64,000 nt of DNA from an uncultured Gammaproteobacteria bacterium (GTDB taxonomy: Bacteria; Patescibacteriota; Microgenomatia; Levybacterales; GWA1-39-11), in contig CAYVAJ010000003.1 of NCBI GenBank assembly GCA_964448725.1, positions 17,867-81,866 of the forward strand, read 5' to 3'. The position numbers and the translations under genes were made by a program. The notes beneath the pieces were generated by a model, which ran no database searches, was not told where the DNA came from, and saw nothing but the letters and a program-made list of their open reading frames with translations. This document shows positions 58,253-64,000 of the stretch, one piece after another. Positions within the stretch are counted from its first letter, which is position 1, and each line of letters opens with the position of its first letter.

Positions 58253-59413
58253 ATGTCAGCTAATCGTGATGATTACATTAAAAAACTAGAACAGGTTGCT
58301 TCACTTACTCGTGATGAAGCCAAAAAATTGTTGCTTGAAGAAGTCCAACAGGATGCAAAAGCAGATATGGCCCGAATTATTCGTGAGTCAGAAGATGAAG
58401 CAAAACTCGTTGCCCACAAGCGCGCACAAGAGATTTTAGTGGATGCTATGCGACATGGTGCGCTTGATATTATCCCCGAATATACAATTTCAGTAGTAAA
58501 AATTCAAGACGAAGAAGTAAAAGGAAAAATTATTGGTAAAGAAGGACGAAATATCCGAGCTTTTGAAAATGCAACAGGAGTGGATGTTGATCTTGATGAA
58601 GAAGGAATTATCAGACTTTCTTCATTTGACTCAGTCCGCCGTGAGATTGCGAGACGGTCACTTGAGTTATTAATTAAAGATACCCGAATTCAGCCGTTTC
58701 GTATCGAAGAGGTTGTTGAGCAAGTAACAAAAGAAGTAAATAAAATTATGTTTGAGGAAGGTGAAAAGCTAGCCCATGCAGTGAATGCATACAATATCCA
58801 TCCTGATCTTATTGCAATGCTTGGAAAATTCAAGTTCCGTACTTCATTCGGACAAAATCTGATCGCACATACACTTGAAGAGACAAAGATTGGTATGCAG
58901 ATTGCTCATGAAATTGGAGCAAATGTTGAGATTGTAAAGCTTGGATGTTTATTCCACGATATCGGAAAAGTGAATTTTGATAAAGAAGGAAGTCACGTAA
59001 CACTTGGTGCTGAAATTTTGCAGAGATACAAAATGCCAAAAGAGGTTATTAATGCAGTACTCGAACATCATGAAGACCGTCCATTCTCTTCAGTGGAGTC
59101 GGTTATTGTCTATATTGCAGATGCAATCTCAGGAGCACGACCAGGTGCGCGACATGAAGACGTAGAAGATTACTTCAAGCGTATGCGCGATATGGAAGAT
59201 ATTGCCAAAAGCTATGACGGAGTTGTTGATGCCTATGCATTTGAAGCGGGACGTGAGCTTCGGGTGATCGTAAATCCTGGTAAAATGGATGATGTCGAAA
59301 CAACTATTGTTGCAAAACGGATTAAAGAAGAAGTTGATCGAAAACTTATTGTTCCTGGTGTTGTAAAAGTTACTGCTATCCGCGAATTTCGTGTTTCTGA
59401 GCCAAAAGAATAA
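58253..59413 (+). CDS. rny: Ribonuclease Y (KH + HD), no N-terminal TM anchor
   Basis: KGKIIGKEGRNIR, HDIGK, ADAISGARPGAR, AGRELRV. Confidence 0.95.
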   Translation: MSANRDDYIKKLEQVASLTRDEAKKLLLEEVQQDAKADMARIIRESEDEAKLVAHKRAQEILVDAMRHGALDIIPEYTISVVKIQDEEVKGKIIGKEGRNIRAFENATGVDVDLDEEGIIRLSSFDSVRREIARRSLELLIKDTRIQPFRIEEVVEQVTKEVNKIMFEEGEKLAHAVNAYNIHPDLIAMLGKFKFRTSFGQNLIAHTLEETKIGMQIAHEIGANVEIVKLGCLFHDIGKVNFDKEGSHVTLGAEILQRYKMPKEVINAVLEHHEDRPFSSVESVIVYIADAISGARPGARHEDVEDYFKRMRDMEDIAKSYDGVVDAYAFEAGRELRVIVNPGKMDDVETTIVAKRIKEEVDRKLIVPGVVKVTAIREFRVSEPKE

Positions 59414-59605
59414 TTACTCTTTTAGGCAAGTTTACTATTCTAATTCCAATTTCCCAATAGGTGCTAATTTTTGGATTACATTTTCTTATATACTTTAAAA
59501 TTTGATGTTTGAAATATGTGGGTGTTAAAAGACCACTTGACATTGGTTGCTGTTAGGTTGTATTGTTATATCAATCTATGTTGAAAGATTGGAGGTGTTC
59601 TGCCC

Positions 59606-59887
59606 ATGGCGTCTGTTACAAAAAAAGATTTAACTGAACTTGTTGCAAAAAAAGCCAACCTTACCAACAAAGCTTCAAAAGAAGCAGTAAAAGTATTTCT
59701 TAATGGCATTCGTGATTCACTGAAAAGAGGGGAAAAGGTGGTATTAACTGGTTTTGGTACCTTTAGTGTCCGCTCTCGTAAACAGCGAAAAGGACGAAAT
59801 CCAAAAACAGGTGAGACAATTACATTATCTGCTCGTAAAGCTCCAGGGTTTACTCCTGGTAAAAGCCTCAAGAAATATATCCGATAA
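59606..59887 (+). CDS. hup: DNA-binding protein HU
   Basis: GFGTF, GRNPKTGE, FTPGK. Confidence 0.97.
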   Translation: MASVTKKDLTELVAKKANLTNKASKEAVKVFLNGIRDSLKRGEKVVLTGFGTFSVRSRKQRKGRNPKTGETITLSARKAPGFTPGKSLKKYIR

Positions 59888-59902
59888 GGTATAATGAGGC
59901 GT

Positions 59903-60844
59903 ATGCAGAAAGCAATAATTATAAGCGGCCCTACTGCAAGTGGCAAGACAGATCTTGCCTATACTATTGCACACAATACATCAGTAGTACTACTGAATGC
60001 TGATTCGCGTCACGTCTATAAAGGACTCAATATTATTGCGGGAAAAGATCTTCCTTCAGACGCGAAATATAATCCTCAAGGGTATTACTCATATTTAAAC
60101 ACGCAGCTTTATCTATTTGATGTAGTTAACGTAACCCAGGATTTTAATGTCAATGAGTATGCAAAAGCTGCACGTACCGTGATAGAAAGTTTATCAGATA
60201 CAGTTGTGCCAGTATTTGTTGGCGGCTCAAATTTTTATATTTCTGTTCTTAGAGATGAAATCGAGACAGTAAATATCCCTCCAGACAGGAAATTGCGGAA
60301 TACACTTGCCGGACTGTCAGTACGAGAGCTGCAGAACAGATTACATGAATATGATCCAAGAAAATTATCTGGGATGAATGAGTCAGATAGAAAAAATCCT
60401 CGGAGACTTATTCGGGCAATCGAAGTTGCTCTTTTCAAAAGAGACAATACGGTACAGACAACTTCTGTAGTATTAGATACATATTCAGTATTACATCTTG
60501 GTTTGACTGCACCGCTTGAATATATTCGTCAGAAAATTAATTCCCGAGTCGATGCGAGGCTTGCCCAAGGGGCACAGGAGGAGGCACAAGCATTATTTAA
60601 AAAATTTGGATCATTATCTAGTAACGTTAAAACAGCCAATGGATATAAACAATTTTTTGATTATTTTCAGGGAAATATATCTTTTGGACAAGCAATAAAA
60701 GAATGGAAGTTTTCTGAGTATCATAATGCAAAAAAGCAGTTGACCTGGATTCATGGAGATAGCAGGATTAAAAAGTACTCAATTACTGATGTACATTATC
60801 CTGATACAGTTTTGCAAGATATCCTCAGCTTTATCCAAGAGTAA
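59903..60844 (+). CDS. miaA: tRNA dimethylallyltransferase
   Basis: GPTASGKT, ADSR, NPRRLIRAIE, AKKQLTW. Confidence 0.95.
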   Translation: MQKAIIISGPTASGKTDLAYTIAHNTSVVLLNADSRHVYKGLNIIAGKDLPSDAKYNPQGYYSYLNTQLYLFDVVNVTQDFNVNEYAKAARTVIESLSDTVVPVFVGGSNFYISVLRDEIETVNIPPDRKLRNTLAGLSVRELQNRLHEYDPRKLSGMNESDRKNPRRLIRAIEVALFKRDNTVQTTSVVLDTYSVLHLGLTAPLEYIRQKINSRVDARLAQGAQEEAQALFKKFGSLSSNVKTANGYKQFFDYFQGNISFGQAIKEWKFSEYHNAKKQLTWIHGDSRIKKYSITDVHYPDTVLQDILSFIQE

Positions 60845-60864
60845 TAATTTTTAATGTTCCACAA

Positions 60865-61068
60865 TTCGCCACTTCGCAGTGAAAGCTGGGGAAATCAATT
60901 GAGTGAACGACCCCGATGAACATCGGGGTAAAACATGAAAGGCTTGTCCGGATACGCCACAATGAAATGGCAAGTACTCATGGAGTGTTTTAGTGAACGA
61001 ATGAAGATTTCGACTGCATGAACAAGAGCTGGCGAGAGCTTTTGATTCTTTTGTCGGTACAAAAGAAT
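60865..61068 (-). repeat. Structured non-coding element, left copy
   Basis: Hairpin attcttttgt-cggt-acaaaagaat, enclosing stem ttcgcca/tggcgag, internal CCCCGATG hairpin. Confidence 0.6.
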
Positions 61069-61094
61069 TATAAGTAAATTAATTATTTTTTATA

Positions 61095-61266
61095 GTACTT
61101 TTGACCGCAAAAGTACCAAAACTCTTCGACAAGTCTACTCGCTAAAAATTGCTTCCTCATTCACTGAAGCTTAAAACTCCCCCGATGTACATCGGGGTCA
61201 AACAGTTAAGCTTCTGATACGTTCATTCGTCACAATTTTCTTTACGCTCGCTCACGAATTGTCGAA
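61095..61266 (+). repeat. Structured non-coding element, right copy
   Basis: Hairpin gtacttttg-accg-caaaagtac, enclosing stem ttcgacaa/ttgtcgaa, internal CCCCGATG hairpin. Confidence 0.6.
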
Positions 61267-61294
61267 ATTTGCGAAATTAGCATTTTACTATAAG

Positions 61295-61323
61295 TTGATA
61301 TTTCTTGTTAAAAAGTGTATAAT
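61295..61323 (+). promoter_or_regulatory. rnpB promoter
   Basis: TTGATA-17 bp-TATAAT directly before the P1 helix. Confidence 0.8.
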
Positions 61324-61328
61324 GGGTA

Positions 61329-61680
61329 TAGCTCTGGGAAGAAGAGCTGCTACCGCATGAGTAGTTATCATGTGGAGGAAAGTCCAGACAGTTTTAAAGC
61401 CGGGATCGGGGCGTAAGCTCCGACTAGCAATAGCTGGTGTTCCAACTCTTTGTTCTGATTTCGTCAGAATATACTCACATATGGAGTTGGAAACAGGAAT
61501 TGAATTAACAGTTCCTGAGAGTCACAGAGACGAGTGAGTGTGAAACGAATGACAATCCCACCCGCTGCAACCTCCGATTGGCCGAGAGATGCTTTATCTC
61601 GCTAGTTTAGGCCGAAGCTTGAGGGCATTAGATAAATAGCAGTGAGAAACAGAATCTGGCTTACTCTCTTCCTAGAGCTA
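61329..61680 (+). ncRNA. rnpB: RNase P RNA
   Basis: GAGGAAAGTCC (61375-61385), AACAGAATCTGGCTTA (61648-61663), P4 agtccaga/tctggct, P1 tagctctgggaaga/tcttcctagagcta. Confidence 0.95.
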
Positions 61681-61683
61681 TTT

Positions 61684-61712
61684 AAAATCCCGATATTTAT
61701 CGGGATTTTTTT
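61684..61712. terminator. Terminator after rnpB (possibly bidirectional)
   Basis: aaaatcccgat-attt-atcgggatttttt. Confidence 0.8.
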
Positions 61713-61728
61713 ATGGATAATAGAGACA

Positions 61729-62091
61729 TCAATAGTTTTTCGGTAAGGGCAATTTTAAACAGTCTTGCGGGCAAGTCTGCTTAGTTTCATGTTCTGGGCA
61801 GCCAATTGCAGAACACGTAACTTCTTGGCATATACCATCACCACAACTTGTTGTGTCTTGCGGAGGTATTAATTTCTTTTTTTCCTCATCACTGAGTTCT
61901 TGAGTAAATGAGCGCTTATCAGGGGTCATGCAACGTGCTGGATATGAATCCATAATCGGATAACCCGCTTCAGCACATTCTTGAAAATTTGATATTGCAG
62001 CTACTTTTTGTTTATTTAGAAATGATATTAACCCAAAGACAGCAAAAGCAAGTCCGATAAAGAATATGATTATAAATACTAATCTCTGCAT
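61729..62091 (-). CDS. Membrane-anchored Cys-rich protein
   Basis: TM helix, FQECAEAGYPIMDSYPARC, CGDGIC...CPQDC. Confidence 0.8.
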   Translation of the reverse strand: MQRLVFIIIFFIGLAFAVFGLISFLNKQKVAAISNFQECAEAGYPIMDSYPARCMTPDKRSFTQELSDEEKKKLIPPQDTTSCGDGICQEVTCSAIGCPEHETKQTCPQDCLKLPLPKNY

Positions 62092-62164
62092 TTTGATTGT
62101 AAATAAAAATTCTCTAAAACTGTGAACTGTTAACTAATAACAGTGAACATAACTATATATAGTA

Positions 62165-64000
62165 TTATGCATTACACAACATTTTATATTCACAGTTGTT
62201 ACACAGGATACTTTTACTGCATTTAAAATCACTTAATTCAATCTCTACAATCTTATCACGGATTGCGAGTTCTGTTCGCTCAATATCTTCTAGTGTGACA
62301 GGATTTGTTATTTTAATACCAGACTCTAGATACAACAGTGTGATAGTAATATCTTCTGGCTTTTTTCCTAAAAATTCATTCCTCACTCTTGTTGCAGCCA
62401 GCGCGTACAGACCTAGTTGGAGCTGATATTTACGTTTTGACAAACTCTCTGCCTTACCAGTTTTATAGTCAATAATTTCAATTCCTCCATCTGGATGACG
62501 ATCTATTCGATCAATTGCACCAAGAATTTTTACAGGCTTTTCTGCTTTATCATCACTTTTATTTAGAAAAAATGAGAATGGTAATTCAAGTGCAAGTGGT
62601 TTTGTGTCAGGGTCAAAATTTTCTTTATAATATTTATTCAAGATATTTTCTCCATGAGTATACATTTTCTGCTCATATGCTTTTGAAAGGTATCCTTGGG
62701 ATTTCCAGTTTTTGCGTAAGAGAAGCATGAGGTCATCTTTTGAAACAGGTATTGACTGCATTACTTGGTCGTACAAATCCTTTATTGTATTATGCATCGA
62801 AGATCCGAAACTAAGTGGTGCGGTGAATGGAGTAGGAATATTCAGAAGATATTTTGCTTTAAAGTGAAGCGGGCAAATATCAAACGATTGGAGTTGAGAA
62901 AATGACAGAGATGAAATCACAAGCGGAGTTGGTTTATCGATATTTATATTTTGTTGCTCTAGTGTATAGTCTTTTGTTGCTTCAATAAGTGAAAGCTGTG
63001 TTGAACGTTTTTTTTCAGTGAGCTGATCTAATTTTTCAGGGATAGCTTCAAGAATAAAAGGAGAAAGTTTTCTTTCCCGTTTGCCTTCTGTATAAAATTT
63101 GGATGCGGTAAAGTAGAGCAGGTCTTGCGCTCGTGTCATGCCGACATAGAAAAGACGTCGTTCTTCTTGTAAATGAAAATCTCCTTCTGGTACGACTTCT
63201 TTTACAAGATTTGCCGGAACTGGCAGTGTTTCACGGCGGGTTCGTGAAGGGAAGCGATCAACAACTAAATTAACTATAAATACGACTGGAAATTCCAATC
63301 CTTTGCTTGAGTGTACTGTTAAGATGTTTACCGCATTAAATTCTTTCCAGTCTATTTCTTGTACCATCGGACTATCTCCCATTTCCATCATGAGATCAAT
63401 CCACTCAACAACACCATAGAGTGATGCATCGCGGTTCAGTGTCTCAAATGTTTTGATTTTGTCAAAGAACTTTGCAATATTCATGGCAATCTGTTCTTCA
63501 TGCTGTGTTTTGTAATCGACAAATGTATTAAAGAGTCCAGTGTCAGTTAGAAAGTAATATAGAATTTGTCCTGCAGTATCTACTTTTGTACGTTCTAAAT
63601 GGCGTGCAAGCATAGCTGATATTTCTTCAATCTTTGTTTTTGCCTGATCACTGATATTTGCTTCTGATATCTTCTCCATTGCCTCAAAAAGTGAGAGATT
63701 TTGTTTTCGGGCAAATTGTAACAGCATCGTTAAATCACGCATTGAGAGATTGAAAATATTCATCTGCAGCACTCTGAAAAGTGAAACAGTATCTTCAAGA
63801 TTAGCAAGCACTCGAAGATAGGCAATGAGATCTTTAATTTCCTCTCGTGCAAACAATTGTCCAGGCCCTAAAAATTGATACGGAATTCTCAGACGTTGCA
63901 GCGCGGGAATAAATGGCTGTGCATGATTATTTGCACGGACTAATATAGCAAAATCTGAGTATGTATATTTTCCGCTCTCTACAAGCTCTTGGATTTTCCT
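62165..64000 (-). CDS. UvrD/PcrA-type helicase fused to a PD-(D/E)xK nuclease; 5' part lies outside the window
   Basis: Frame open to base 64000 (AILVRAN); TVHSSKGLEF, EERRLFYVGMTRA, GAIDRID, IIDYKTG, terminal Cys cluster. Confidence 0.95.
   Translation of the reverse strand, partial: RKIQELVESGKYTYSDFAILVRANNHAQPFIPALQRLRIPYQFLGPGQLFAREEIKDLIAYLRVLANLEDTVSLFRVLQMNIFNLSMRDLTMLLQFARKQNLSLFEAMEKISEANISDQAKTKIEEISAMLARHLERTKVDTAGQILYYFLTDTGLFNTFVDYKTQHEEQIAMNIAKFFDKIKTFETLNRDASLYGVVEWIDLMMEMGDSPMVQEIDWKEFNAVNILTVHSSKGLEFPVVFIVNLVVDRFPSRTRRETLPVPANLVKEVVPEGDFHLQEERRLFYVGMTRAQDLLYFTASKFYTEGKRERKLSPFILEAIPEKLDQLTEKKRSTQLSLIEATKDYTLEQQNINIDKPTPLVISSLSFSQLQSFDICPLHFKAKYLLNIPTPFTAPLSFGSSMHNTIKDLYDQVMQSIPVSKDDLMLLLRKNWKSQGYLSKAYEQKMYTHGENILNKYYKENFDPDTKPLALELPFSFFLNKSDDKAEKPVKILGAIDRIDRHPDGGIEIIDYKTGKAESLSKRKYQLQLGLYALAATRVRNEFLGKKPEDITITLLYLESGIKITNPVTLEDIERTELAIRDKIVEIELSDFKCSKSILCNNCEYKMLCNA

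Noticed and set aside
323-62730. Numerous 60-130 aa ORFs antisense to or inside recognised genes
   Set aside because: Shadow ORFs with no motifs, SDs or independent signals.
1-64000. Alternative genetic code (UGA recoding as in Gracilibacteria/Absconditabacteria)
   Set aside because: Conserved genes are full length under code 11, and TGA ends genes such as adk and the VIT1 transporter.

Overview
Core-genome segment of an AT-rich bacterium with genetic code 11. It most likely belongs to Patescibacteria/CPR (Microgenomates-like), inferred from the missing rpmD (uL30), tuf directly before rpsJ, N-terminally shortened uL2 and tRNAs without encoded CCA. Bases 1-28.8 kb hold tRNA-Leu, cell-envelope and general-stress genes, two-component genes, transporters, obgE, ruvC and ruvA. 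Bases 29-49.5 kb hold tuf and the S10-spc-alpha ribosomal protein cluster plus rplM-rpsI. Bases 49.5-64 kb hold recX, a TrpR-like gene, recA, a tRNA-Pro locus, glycosyltransferases/glf, nfo, a mutY-like gene, rny, HU, miaA, RNase P RNA and a UvrD-nuclease fusion. The unusual signal is mostly non-coding. (1) Period-7 repeat hairpins sit between the apparent Shine-Dalgarno sequence and the start codon at about 8 ribosomal-protein junctions. (2) An intact tRNA-Pro(GGG) is nested inside the anticodon arm of a second, interrupted tRNA-Pro, bracketed by inverted micro-hairpins. (3) A TrpR-like gene between recA and recX is flanked by identical 26-bp palindromic direct repeats. (4) There is also a dispersed CCCCG-hairpin micro-element, a perfect (AAACCCT)8 tract, a candidate attenuator before rplC and a candidate OmpR-type TCTTAC regulon. 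All calls come from reading the sequence; no searches or folding programs were run.
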